From: Mobula hypostoma
Lineage: Eukaryota
Length of the DNA stretch: 64,000 bases
Assembly (NCBI RefSeq): GCF_963921235.1
Contig: NC_086107.1
Coordinates: 95,978,001-96,042,000, forward strand
Direction of reading: 5' to 3'
Shown here: positions 13,604 through 25,585 of the stretch, piece by piece
Layout of the letters: each line of letters opens with the position of its first letter
How positions within the stretch are numbered: the stretch's first letter is position 1
The notes under the pieces: generated by a model
Databases searched by the model: none
What the model was told of the DNA's origin: nothing
Seen by the model: only the letters and a program-made list of their open reading frames with translations
Translations under genes and position numbers: made by a program

Positions 13604-13696
13604 TCTCTTACCGATGATGTTGCCAATGTGGTTTATCGGCTGAAGAATGCAAAAAAGAAAATGTTCAAGAAACCAAAGTTCCTGGTACCCCTCTGA
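13604..13696 (+). CDS. Candidate terminal coding exon (SLTDDVANVVYRLKNAKKKMFKKPKFLVPL*)
   Basis: Branch-like tactgac (13572), tract tctctctgtttccag|TCT, phase 0, 30 sense codons then TGA; AATAAA downstream at ~14388. Confidence 0.55.
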   Translation, partial: SLTDDVANVVYRLKNAKKKMFKKPKFLVPL

Positions 13697-15139
13697 CACT
13701 TGCGGATAGTTTGCCAGGACTGAACACTGCAGCAGTCTGAGAAAACCAGTCAAGCCTTTCCCTCCCACAGTCAGGGAGAGGCAGTATATTCTAGCTGCGT
13801 CTGATTCCAAAATTATTCTACGTTATACCAGTGAGCGTCTGGTACCAAACGGGCTAAAACAGCGTCCATAAAATCCAGACAAGTTTCCAGTTTCCCATCA
13901 TCTCCCCTGTGCTGGAAACTACGGGATAAAGAACAACAACTGTCAGACTCGACATGACCTGGCTGAACTGAGGCAGGAAGTCATGGACTTGAGAGTCATC
14001 TCAGGACTTGATCTCACAATGTTTGCGGAGCTGGGAGAATTTGTTCTGCTGTACTGTTGAACATTAAATGGGATTATGTAGGTGGATAGGGTGGGGTGTG
14101 GACCGCGTGGGGCTAAGGGCCTGTTTCTTTTCTCTATGACTGTGTCTCCTTGATGTGGGTTTGGCTGTTGAGCTGTAGGTTAAAGATTCCTTGTCAATAT
14201 TCTTCAGTGTCAGGACTTTCCTCCGTATCACCAGCATCAATAGTTCATTCACCTTGCTGCCTTGAGACAGTCGTTCAACTGATTGTACCGGTACTGATTA
14301 ATTGTCCCTGAGTTTCAGGGGACTGGGGGACAGTGGATGCTACTTAACTACAAGTCTATCCAGTGGAGAGTCTGGATTATATACAACAATAAAGCGATGT
14401 CCAGCTGCCAGTACTCACTATTTGAGTGGTGGGTCCTTCCTCCTTATCAAGGGGGAGATGCTTCACAGACTACAAAAATATTTCAAACACAGATACAATT
14501 CTTACAAATATAAAAAGAACATATGAACAATTTGAATACAAATGAATTGTCCAACACAGAAACTGAAGGTTGAATGAATTCTAGTTCTTCTGTCTTTCTG
14601 TTGTTCTCCTTGTCATTCCCAACAATCCCCAATGCTTTCTAATATTTATACTGTTTTGGCATTATTTGCATATGATGTTTCTCAGATACTTTTGCTGGGA
14701 TGAAGTAATTCACACAGATGGTCCAAAAGCTTCTAGGGACAGAGCTCTTGATGCTCAGATTAATACTATGAGGGACAATCTCTGAGTACACAAATATCCC
14801 AACAATTGATTGGTTATACCTGTGACCATTTTTGATGTGGTAACCAATGACATCAAGCTGGTCTGCAAGTTTCCTTGAACTAAATAACAACCAGTGTCAT
14901 CTGGTTCGATGCAGGCCAGTTAACATAACCCCATTGTCTTATGTCAATTAAAATTGGCCATAGGCCAACAAGACCTCACTGTTTACCTGGGCAGGGAATA
15001 TTGGTTAGAAGTTTAACTTTGTCACAGACAACTCTGACCCTTTGGAAAGGTCATGGGCCTGTGCTAGAAAGCTGAGATCAGCAATAAGCTTGTCGGACCC
15101 TGAAAAGTGAATTTCCATCACAGTGTTTTATATGTACTA

Positions 15140-16370
15140 ACGACAATGCAGGAAATGTAAAGGTGAGTTGAGTTGTGAGTGAGGAGGGCAGTCTTTGATC
15201 ATAGCAGGAGATTGATCAGCTGGTAAACTGGCAGAGTGTGGAATTCAATCCTGAAAGGTGTGAAGTGATGTATTTTAGAGGATCAGATAAGGGTAGGGCA
15301 TATATCACATTTGGTAGGGGTTGAGCAAGTATTGAGGAGCAAAAGGGCCTTAGTGTACAAGTTCATAGGTCCCTGAGTTAGCACAGGTAGATCAAGTGGT
15401 GCACATGATTAATGCCCTTGCCACCTAGGGCGTTGAACATGAGAGCAAAGAGTTTCTGATACAACTTCATGTAACACTAGTTTCCTCAGCTGGATTAGCT
15501 GGTGTCGTTCGGGTTGCCACACTCGAGGAAGGATGAGATTGAACTGGAGGGTGTGCAGGGGTTTGATTGTGAGGGGAGGCTGGTTGGACTATCTTGAATT
15601 CTCAGAGTTGGGGGAGGCTGAAGAAAACCTGATGTGTGCAAAATTATGACAAGCACAGACTAAGAGAAGTTTTTCCCCTTGGCAGAGGGTTCCGAGAGCA
15701 GAAGGAATAGTTGTAAGGAGAGGAGTTTTTTATTTCATTTAAGGGATGTGGGCATCACCAGCTAAGCCGGCACTTATTGCCCATCCCTAGTTGCCCTTGA
15801 CAAGGTGGTGATGAGCTGCCTTCTGGAATCGCTGCAGTCCCTGAGGTGTAGGTACACCCACAGTGCTGTTAGGGAGGGAATTTCATGATGTTGACCCAGC
15901 GACTATGAAGGAACAGTGATGTGTTTCCAAGTCAGGATGGTGAGTGACTTGGAGGGGGACCTCCAAGTGGTGGCCCTCCCAGGTATTGGCTGTTCTTGTC
16001 CTTCTAGATGGTGGTGATCGTGGGTCTGGAAGGTGCTGCCCTAGGAACTTTGGTGTGTTATTGCAGTGCATCTTGTAGACAGTACACACTGCTGCAACTG
16101 TTCATCAACGGTGGAGGGATTGGATGCTTGTGGAAGGGGTAAGAGAATTAGTGAGGAGCTGCTAGTTGTGATCTAGAAGGCATTGCCTGAGGAGGTAGTG
16201 AAGGCAAGTACTCTCAGAACATCAGACATCTTCACGAGCATTTAAGTGGTGACAGTGGCAAGCAATGGAGTGAGTGCTGGTAAACAGGGTTAAATAGTGA
16301 TGGGCACTTGAAGGTCAGCATGGACACCGGGCTGAGGGGGCTGGTTCAGTGGTGTACGACTCTCTGTCTC
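15140..16370 (+). mobile_element. Old CR1 fragment with a nested second LINE-like repeat (~15735-16140, also at ~10595-11075)
   Basis: Degenerate CR1 RT/3' sequence; the nested segment (ttgcccatccctagttgcccttga...) recurs near 10210 and 10595. Confidence 0.55.
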
Positions 16371-16817
16371 TATTCGAGGAGTAACACATTGTCACAAAGG
16401 TAGGGATAATGAGGGATTGCATTAATGAATGCACCTTTGGAAGAAATACCTTTCCACTCGAAAGGTGCCGGTAGGGTACCACAGCCACTTTGCAAAGAAC
16501 AGAACAATCAAAGCAAAAAGTGCCAGAGATACAGATCAGGCAGTGCCAGTGGGGATCAGACAGGTTATCCCTGGCAAACCATTGATTAATATCACTGGCT
16601 TACTCTAGTAACCACAGATACCGTTATTTTCTTCCACCCGTGGTGTTTGTATACCAGACTGTAACAGTTCCTGCTTTGCAAAGAAGTCTTCTCTTCAAAA
16701 ATGTGTTGGGGTTGTAAAAAAAAATGTTTTGCAAAATCAGGGCTTTCCACTGAGTTTTCCATTCATAAAAATGCAAAGAACTATTCTTTGATATTTGGCC
16801 AACCATGTTGATTTCCT

Positions 16818-16915
16818 GCAACACTCACAACACGCTGGAGGAACTCAGCAGGTCGGGCAGCATCCGTGGAAACGATGAGTCGATGTTTCGGGCCGGAACC
16901 CTTTAGCAGGACAGA
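16818..16915 (-). mobile_element. Penelope-derived short insertion with 10-bp TSD TTGATTTCCT
   Basis: TSD at 16808-16817 and 16916-16925; internal sequence matches the PLE terminal repeat with a decayed hammerhead region. Confidence 0.75.
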
Positions 16916-17924
16916 TTGATTTCCTTTTTCCTAGGTGAAGAGCATCCTGGATAAATTTGTTAAATCTTTACACACCAAGTTTGCTTCATGGTTCGTTGTT
17001 ACAAAGAAAGAATCTGTTGTCAAGCACTGTCACTACAGTAACAGAATTAATCTGACAAATCTGACAAATGGGTGTCTCTAAAGCGCGGGTTGCCAACCTA
17101 GGGTCCATGGACCCCTCACTTCATAGTTGGGGTCCATGGCATTAAAAAGGCTGGGAACCCCCTGTAAAGCTCTCAACGATCAATGCGCTGTTGCGCTAAA
17201 ACTGAGCTATGTCGGCTTAATCCCATTAATCCAGCATCGAAATGCAAAGTTAACTCCCAGTAACATGTTGCCCACTAAATATTATCAAATTTTGTGTCTC
17301 AAAATCCACTGGGAGACGAAGCTGAAATACTTGCAAAAGAACCTTTTCTCACAGAGACTCAAATCAGATTCTCCCAAAGGTGTGATTCACTCGTCTGCTT
17401 TCTTCTTTCTGTTTGAGGGTTTAAACCGCTCATAAAGAAATGTTCAAAAGAGTAAAGGTTAGTGTTCCTTCCCTCCAAAACAACTGTTGTGTGAATGGAT
17501 GACGTGTCACGTAGTTGGTATTATCAAAGGTGAGTCATGGGGCCAGTCAGTTGTTGGGAGGGTTTTTTTTTACATATTTAAAGATAGTTGTGGAGAGTGC
17601 AGAAACTTAGATTACTGGGTTCTACTGCTCCGCGGGTCATGACTGGTTTCACACGACGCTGGGCGGGGGTGGAGGGGGAGATTCAGGCTGAATTCAGAGA
17701 ATAAGATTCTCTCACAGATTAGATTGATTAGACCTGACCTGTGGTATTCTCAAACCTTGTGAGAAGTTAAAGAAGAAGTGGCAGAGGTCCTTGTAGAGAT
17801 TTTTTTTCTTCATCTCCAGCAACAGGCGAGAATCCTGGGGACTGGGCGGTGGCTTCAAAAGGGTAGCAAAAACAAACCTGGACATTGCAGGCTGGTGAGT
17901 CTGACTTCAGTGGATTCAACAGTA

Positions 17925-18462
17925 AGCTGGGTCTCCGATTTCTAATGTCCTCCCTTTCCCCCTTCTGCTTGTAGATGAGGGTGATGATGCCCTTCCTCAT
18001 GGACTCTGACATGCTGCCGGCCAGAAGCATAGCATTGTACACTTCCAGCAGGTCTGGGCCTATCCAGTTCCACAGAGCCGAGTTCAACTCAGCCGGTAAG
18101 CCGTCGCTTCTGGGAGTCCTACCCGACCCAAAGGAACGGATGGAGCCTGTCAGCTCGTCCAGGGTCAGTGGCTGATCCAGACTCTCCCGCTTGCCGCCAT
18201 CTAAGACCTGCGTGATAGACGACAGGAAGTTGCGGGAGGCTGTGGATTCTGTGGCCTTTTCGTCGTACAGACCGGCATAGAAGGACCTGCAGATCCTCAG
18301 AATGTCTGTCTGCGAGGATGTGACTGAGCCGTCCTCTTCCTTAAGGTTGTGGATCACAGAGCTCCCCCTGTGCACCTTTTGGAAGAAGAAACGTGAGCAC
18401 GTCTCGTCCTGCTCCACGGTTCGGACCCTTGATCGGAAGATGATCTTGAAGGATGCGGCGTC
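17925..18462 (-). mobile_element. Tx1/Keno-like ORF2 internal fragment (linker to start of RT)
   Basis: DETCSRFFFQKV...GSMSESMRKGIITLIYKQKGEREDIRNRRP, nearly identical in the overlap to ORF 39269-40756. Confidence 0.85.
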
Positions 18463-18464
18463 GA

Positions 18465-19143
18465 GGTGCTGGGCTAGGAGGACTAAACTCCCTGTTACTA
18501 TTGATGGTGAGGACGTGGATGTGGGGGTGCTCCTGGATGACAGCTTGAGTAGAGCACTAACACAGAGGCTGTGTACAAGAAGGGCCAAGTCACCTCTACT
18601 TCCTGAGGAGACTGAGGTCCTTTGGAGTATACAGGCCTCTCCTTTACATGTTCTACTAGTCTGTTATCGTCACTGCAATCTTCTATGCGGTGGTGTGCTG
18701 GGGCAATGGCATCAACACGAGTGATGCCAACAGGCTCAATAAACTGATTAGAAAGGCTGGCTCTGTTATAGGAGTCAAACTGGACACACTGGAGGCTGTG
18801 GTAGAACAAAGGACACTATAGAGAATCCTGGAAATTCTGGGCAACGTTTCTCACCCTCTGCATGCCACCTTGGCTGAACAGAGGAGCACTTTCAGTAATA
18901 GACTAAGACATCTGTGCTGCTCCAAAGAGCGCTATATGAGGTCATTCTTACCCTCGGCTATTAGGTTCTGTAATGAGTCAACCTATAGCCGGGGAAGTGA
19001 TGACCCCCTCCTGTTAGACTGTTTGTAGTAACTTATTTTTTATTCTTTCTTACTTCTCTTCTAATATTGTATATCTGTGCACTTGTAATGCTACTGTGAC
19101 ACTGTTACTTCCTTTGGAATCAATAAAGTATCTATCTATTATC
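18465..19143 (+). mobile_element. Rex1/Babar-like LINE 3' end
   Basis: Decayed post-RT coding sequence ending AATAAAG followed by a TATC-repeat tail. Confidence 0.7.
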
Positions 19144-21271
19144 AAGGAACTATATCCTCATTTGGTGCCTCCACAATCCCACCTTCTATTCCCCCTTGGC
19201 TGCTGCTCTGGACACATCCGGATGCAATACAACCTGGCGTAGCAGATGCTCCACCCAACACCACAGGAAATTGCAGGGAGTTGTGGACACAGCCAAGTCT
19301 ACCTCGAAAATCAGTCTCCCCTTCAGTAACTCCGTCAAGATTTCCTGCTGCCAACATAATCAAAGACCCCTTCCTCCCAACCCCGTCGTTCCCTCTCTTC
19401 CCCCCGTTGGGCAGAAGATGCAACGAACTTGGGAACACGTACCACCAGATTCTAACCGTTGTCATAAGACTCTTGGAAAGATGTCTTGTATGACATGGAA
19501 GAACGCTTGACTTCTCAGCCCACTTTGTCGTAACCCTTGCTCTGCACTCTCACTGTAGCTGTAACCCTCTATTCTGCATTCTGATATTGCTTTTCCCTTT
19601 GTGTCACCCTTGTGTACGTGTGTATTGAACAACATGCAAAGCGTTTCACTGTGTCTCTGTGACAATAACAAACCAATGTCCAGTCCTCCCACTTGCCACA
19701 GCTCCTGTGAACCAAACTCCCAGCATCTTTAGGTTCGCTTGTCATACACCACGTCGTATGCCATGGGCATCTTCCCATGGCCGTGATTGTTCTTGGCAAA
19801 TTTTTCTACGGAAGTGGTTCTTTACAATACGAGTGACCCCAGCCATTGTCAATATTCTTCTGAGACTGTCTGCCTGGCGTCAGTGGTCGCATAATCAGGA
19901 CTTGTGATGTGCACCAGCTGCTCATATGACCATCCACCACCCACTCCCAGGGCTTCACGTGACCCTGATCAGGGGGACTAAGCAGGTGCTACACCTTGCC
20001 CAAAGGTGGCCTGCCGGCTAGCGGAGGGAAGGAGCGCCTTACACCTCCTTTGGTAGGGACACATCTCCACCCCTCCAACTTTAGGTAATTCCACCTAATG
20101 AGGGTTGGTGAGACCAGTCAGCAAGGAACATCGGACTGAACAAAGTGGCACCTTACTGAGTTGCTCTGTAGAAACAGAGGGGCACCAAATGGACCACCTC
20201 CCTTTCGTTCACCATGTTTTCAAACTTATTACAGCTACTGCGTTCACACGCTATGGTGCTCATCTCATTGTGTTCCTTATAACTTCAATTCATACCAACA
20301 GATGTCCACGTATTCCAAACAAAAGTTAGTTGAGATTGTCGTTCCTATACAAGACGATCACAAGCCTGCTGCAGTTGCATTTCTTACCACTAGGTGTCTC
20401 CATCCCCTCTACACTCTATTATTTCATTCAGAGCTCCTTCAGTTCCCCTGGGTGCTGCCTCAGGGTAGGGGATGAGGTGACTCCTGAGGTGATTGTGCAA
20501 CTGCAGACTGTGACAGGGCAGAGGGCTCCTGCTGTTTTACACGGGGCTCTTGATGCAGGACGTGAAGTTACTAACACTAGAGTCCCTTTTTGACTTTGAG
20601 CAGTCGTGGACCAGAGGTCAGTGTTTCCGCCACCTACCTGAAAGAGTCTTCCAGTGGCCGGATGACGTCTGTTTTCCTTGCTTGGCAACGTAAGCAATGT
20701 GGCAGGTCAGGAGAGGACATTTGCTCTGCTTAAACATGATAGCGACAAGCTGTAGACTTATAGAAAGGCCAAAGTACAAAGTAAAACTATTATCAAATAC
20801 GTATACGTATGTCATGTACTGCCGTTGGGCCTTGGTCCACGCACCAGCCAAGGCAACGCAACTCCTTCGCTGTTGGTCTCACCAGTGAACCAGACTCGCA
20901 GCATTCTACATTATCAATGTCCAGCAGAGTCTTGCAATGACAATAGACAATCACTGGCACCATTTGTTGGTCCATGGACCACCTCCACACGACAATGCTG
21001 TGCCACAAGTCCAGGCGATATGCAATTAGTCCCACGCCATCACTATCCAGCAGCTCACTGATAGGGTAGACCGGAAACACTTGATGTTCTTAATGTCCAG
21101 CAGTGTCTTGTGATCATTAAAAAAAACCCATAAAAGACAAACAATTACACCATTGATTGTCCTGGAGAGGCCACTGCAACCTTGTGCATTGCCGTCTTAC
21201 CGGACTTCCGTAGTCCAATCCCATCGAAGCTGATCCCATCCCCTCACACTTGCCCAAATGTCCCTCTAAAC

Positions 21272-21351
21272 CAGGGGTTCCCAAACTTTCTAATAGTGTG
21301 AACCCCTACAATTAATTGAAGGGTCCATGAACCCCAGGTTGAGAATCCCTG
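21272..21351. mobile_element. 80-bp hAT (Charlie-like) MITE with 8-bp TSD CTCTAAAC
   Basis: TIRs CAGGGGTTCCCAAAC / GGTTGAGAATCCCTG; exact TSD at 21264-21271 and 21352-21359; relatives near 10051, 17085 and 37846. Confidence 0.85.
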
Positions 21352-21972
21352 CTCTAAACCCTTCCTGTCCACGTACCTGTCCTTGTGTCTCTTAAGTGTT
21401 AATGTTTCTGCCTCTGCCACTTCCTCTGGCAACTTGGTCCATACACACACCACGTTCTGCATGAGGAAGTTGGCCCTCAGGCCCCTTTAAGACTGTAAGA
21501 CTGAGGAGGATCGGAACAATCGTCCCATCAAGTCTGCTTCCCCGTTCAGTCATGGCTGAGTTTCTGTTATCGTCCTTGAGTCTCCCTCCCCTAACTCCTG
21601 TAGCAATCAAGGTTAATACACCCAGTGACTTGGTCCCCACTGTCCTCCACCGAGTCTCCACCCTCTGGCGAATGGATTCCCTCCTCACCTCACTTTCATA
21701 GGGGCATCCCTTTATCCTGAGGTTATGCCCTGGGGTCTGAGGCCATCCTGCTGGTGGAAACATGCTCTCCACGTTCTCTCTGTCCGAGTATTCAGTCAGT
21801 ATAAAATGTTCCCCTTTCACCCTCCAGTTCCCCCATCTCTGGGGAAAAGACTGCGCTCACTCATCCATTGTTCCCACAACTCTCTGCAATCTCCCTACGT
21901 GCTCGTTCCTCAAACTCCCATCGACCATTTGAGGGCTTCCAGTTCCATTCCAAGGGAATGGTCACCTTGTTC

Positions 21973-22119
21973 TCTTCCTTCAGTTAGTCCTGACGAAGGG
22001 TCTCGGCCTGAAACGTCGACTGCACCTCTTCCTAGAGATGCTGCCTGGCCTGCTGCGTTCACCAGCAACTTTGATGTGTGTTGCTTGAATTTCCAGCATC
22101 TGCAGAATTCCTGTTGTTT
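21973..22119 (+). mobile_element. Penelope-derived short insertion with 9-bp TSD ACCTTGTTC
   Basis: TSD at 21964-21972 and 22120-22128; contains a hammerhead core. Confidence 0.8.
21986..22021 (+). ncRNA. Minimal type I hammerhead ribozyme motif (Penelope-type)
   Basis: AGTC-CTGACGA-agggtctcggcct-GAAA-C-GTC-GACT: conserved CUGANGA and GAAA boxes, GUC cleavage triplet, AGTC/GACT stem I, vestigial palindromic stem III. Confidence 0.75.
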
Positions 22120-22570
22120 ACCTTGTTCCTGTACTGGCTGAATTTGCTTTGAACTTCTAAATGTCGCAGTCCAGTGTAGCTACCCAAGCCCTGCATCCAT
22201 CCACCTCATCTGTCAGACCTCTCCTTGCACCCTGCCATGCTGCAGCCATTCTGCTGAATTCGAACATTCCATCTGACTCGCCACTAACCTGGACCCCAGC
22301 CCCTGCAAACCCTTCCTACCAGCACCATCTCGGGTGGCAGCGTGCAGATACATCTCTAATGCCACGGGAGTAGGCGGTGGATGGTCATATGAGTTTCTGG
22401 TGCATAGGGCAACCACTGACACCAAGTAGACAATCTCCGAAGAGTATTGACAATGGCTGGGGTCACCCTTCTTGTAAAGACACTGCCCAGAAGAAGGCGA
22501 TGGCAAACCACTTCTGCGGAAAAAAATTGCTGAGGACAATCATGGTCACAGAAAGACCACGATCGCCCAC

Positions 22571-22655
22571 GTCATATGACATGGCACATGATGATGATGT
22601 CATATGACATGGCACATAATGATGATGTCATATGACATGGCACATAGTAATAATG
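22571..22655 (+). repeat. Three tandem 28-bp units GTCATATGACATGGCACATRATGATGAT at the tail of an RTE-like SINE (22340-22655)
   Basis: Directly visible; preceded by atggcaaaccacttctg, an RTE/BovB-like motif also inverted at ~19740-19820. Confidence 0.75.
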
Positions 22656-23224
22656 ATGACTAACACCACCAAATCTCCCCTCCAGGATGTTGCTCCTCTC
22701 CAGCTCAGGTGAAAACCACCCCTCTTGTACAGGTTAACTCTGTCCCAGAGCAGATCCCAATGGGCCAAAAGTCTGAAACCCTGCCCTCTGCCCCAGCTCC
22801 TCAGCCACACACTCATCTGGCCTATCCCAGCCCTCACTAGCACTGGAATAATCTGGGCGACTGAACAATCACCACGGTGGGTGATAGGAAAGACAAGTAG
22901 AAAGGGCAATGTGATAATAATCATGGGGGTTTTCAACATGCAAGAGAAGGAATTTGTAGAATGCCCACGAGATGGCTTTTTAGAGCAGCTCGTGGTTGAG
23001 CCCACTAGGAAAAAGGCCATTCTGGATTGGGTGTTGTGTAATGAATTATATTTGGTTAGGGAGCTTAAGATATGGAGAAGGTGCTTGGGAAGCTGAAAGA
23101 TCTGAAGGTAGATAAGTCACCTGGACCAGGTGGACTACACCCCAGGGTTCTGAAAGAGTTGGCTGAAGAGATTGTGGAAGCATTAATAGTGATCTTTCAA
23201 GAATCATGAGATCTGGAATGGTTC

Positions 23225-23830
23225 AATGTGGCCTCCGTTGGTCGTGGTCAACCATGGGTACTGCGCCTCTGGTAGTCACTGGGGAGTGTCCCCTCCAGGG
23301 CGCAAGCCAGGGCAGAGTTGATATGGAGATCCGTCTGTTGCCCATGTAGTGGGACCCCCCTCTCCACGCTGATGACAGTCCAAAGGAACGACGAAAGTCG
23401 GTACGGTTTGGTGCCAGCAGCATCGCAGGAGTTGCTATGCCGGTGCTGGGTACAGCAGTCAGCCGCCTTCGGGACTCTGACTCCGGATTTTTCCTCGGGG
23501 TTTACTCCCAAAGCCTTTCCCCTGAGCGGGTATAGCTACAAGGCAATGGAGGTTTGAAATCAGAGTTTTCCCTCTCCTAGATGAGCTACCATCCGTGGTT
23601 AACGAGCCCCATCTGCCCAGAGCAACTGGTTTTAAGGCGCCAGTGGCCCACCTTTGCCCCTTCTCCTGTCAGTGAGAGCAGCTCCACCGGGCATAAGAAC
23701 TATGGCACACGTGAAGGCTGGGAGTTGGACTGGGTTATCAGAGGCTGTTTGAGACGCACGCCATGAAGAGCATTTGTTTAGCAGCGGGAGCTCGTCCCCA
23801 CTACCACCCTTCGGCTGTGACTAACTCTGG
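23225..23830 (-). mobile_element. RTE-like non-coding repeat inserted in a CR1
   Basis: Interrupts CR1 sequence between ...ggaatggttca and ggttcagaagactgg; similar to 6870-7405. Confidence 0.55.
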
Positions 23831-23924
23831 AGCCGGAATGGCTCCAAAGGGATGGTTCAGAAGACTGGAAAATCGCAAATATCACTCCATTCTTTAAGAA
23901 GGGAATAAAGCAAAATCAGGAAAC

Positions 23925-24050
23925 GATTTTGTCCCATTCGTCCCTCCCCACTGAACTTCCTCCTGGTATTTATCCTTGCAAGCGGAGCAAGTGCTACACC
24001 TGCCCCTGTGCCTCCTCCCTCACCACCATTCAGGGCCCCAAACAGTCCTG
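23925..24050 (+). mobile_element. Penelope-like ORF fragment (Cys-rich region preceding GIY-YIG endonuclease)
   Basis: Translates LPPGIYPCKRSKCYTCPCASSLTTIQGPKQS (CxxxxCxxC), continuing the frame type seen at 32649. Confidence 0.65.
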
Positions 24051-25585
24051 ACAAATCTGCTGGCATTCCTTGAGGAAATAACAGGCAGCCCGGACAAAGG
24101 AGAATCTGTGGATGTCATTTACTCAGATTTTTCTGAAGGCCTTTGACAAGGTGCCACACAGGAGGCTGCTTAATAGGATCAGAACCCTTGGTATTAACGG
24201 AAAGGTACTAGCATGGATAGATTGGCTGACAGGCAGGAGACAAAATGTGGGAGTAAAGGGGACCTTTTCTGGTTGGCTGCCTGTGACTAGATGTGTTGCA
24301 CAGGGGTCAGTTTTGGGACCACTTCTGGACAATGTTATATGTGAATGATTAGGATGATGGAATTGATTACTTTGTGGCCAAGTTTCAAAGTTCCAAGTAA
24401 ATTTATTATCAAAGTACATATATGTCACTATATACAACCCTGAGATTCTTGTGGGCTTACTCAATAAGACCATAGTAGAATCAATGAAGGACCACACCAT
24501 CTTGGGCATTCAACCAGCGTGCAAAAGACAACAAACTGCAAATACAAAAATAAATAAATAATAATAATGATAAATTAGCAATAAATATCAAGAACATGAG
24601 ATGAAGAGTCCTTGAAAGAGAGTCCATGGGTTGTGAGCCTATTTCAGTGATGGGACATGTGTAGTTGAGTGAAGTTCTCCCCACTTGGTCTTTTGCTCAT
24701 TTATAGTTATCTTCATTCATTTGATTCAACACTATTCTAATTTTAATACCAACAATGTTTCAATACAGCTGCAGTTCTACTTTATGCCCTCGGATATCTC
24801 AGTTATCTTACAAGCAACAGTGAGCTGTACTTCCGGGTTATCCCAATAGATGTCCTGGTTAACAGATCGTATTAACACACAGTAACTGGATAGTAAGAAA
24901 ATCAGGTACTGCAGGTTTACCCGATCAGCCACTTGCTCGATAACAGTAGGGCTGGTCTTATTGCATAACATTGTTGTGTGGCAATGAAGCACGTTCCAAC
25001 AAACAGAGCGAGAGATTGTCTTGGACATTTTTGTTGTGATTGCAAGTCCCTGTTGGACGCTGGTAATGTAGAATGCTGCAAGTCTGGTTCACTGCTTCAT
25101 TGGTGAGACTGATAACCAGAGAGCTGCATTCTCTCTATTGTTGTATGGTCAATGTTCTCATGCTGTGGTGTCACCTGCTGCACGAGTCCAGGAAGAAGAT
25201 GCAGGAGGTGGTGTGAACGAGAGGAGAGGTCTCTGTGGACGCGCTGGAATCTGTACTGGGTTGGAAGCTCGCTCCTCTCATTGGTGCCTCCCACCACTGT
25301 TTGCCCAGTGCTGCCCTCCACTGTTTACTTGGTGGAAGAACAAGCTGGACCCGGAAAACATCCGTGCCAATCAGGGACTTAGGCTACATGTATTATTATT
25401 CTGTGTGATTGAATGTTTTTCTGCCATCGTAACCATATGTGTGTGCTGTTGGTAATGTGTTTTGCACCTGTTTCATTTGGCTGTGTTCATGTATAGTTGA
25501 ATGATAATTAAACTTGAACTTGAAGAAGAAGAATGATCTACAGCTCCACTTCATCACAACAGATGTCTTGGTTAATAATGCAACA

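Noticed and set aside
20428..20697. Minus-strand ORF or exon in unique-looking DNA (also 24777-25028)
   Set aside because: No recognisable protein motif and no phase-compatible partner exons found.
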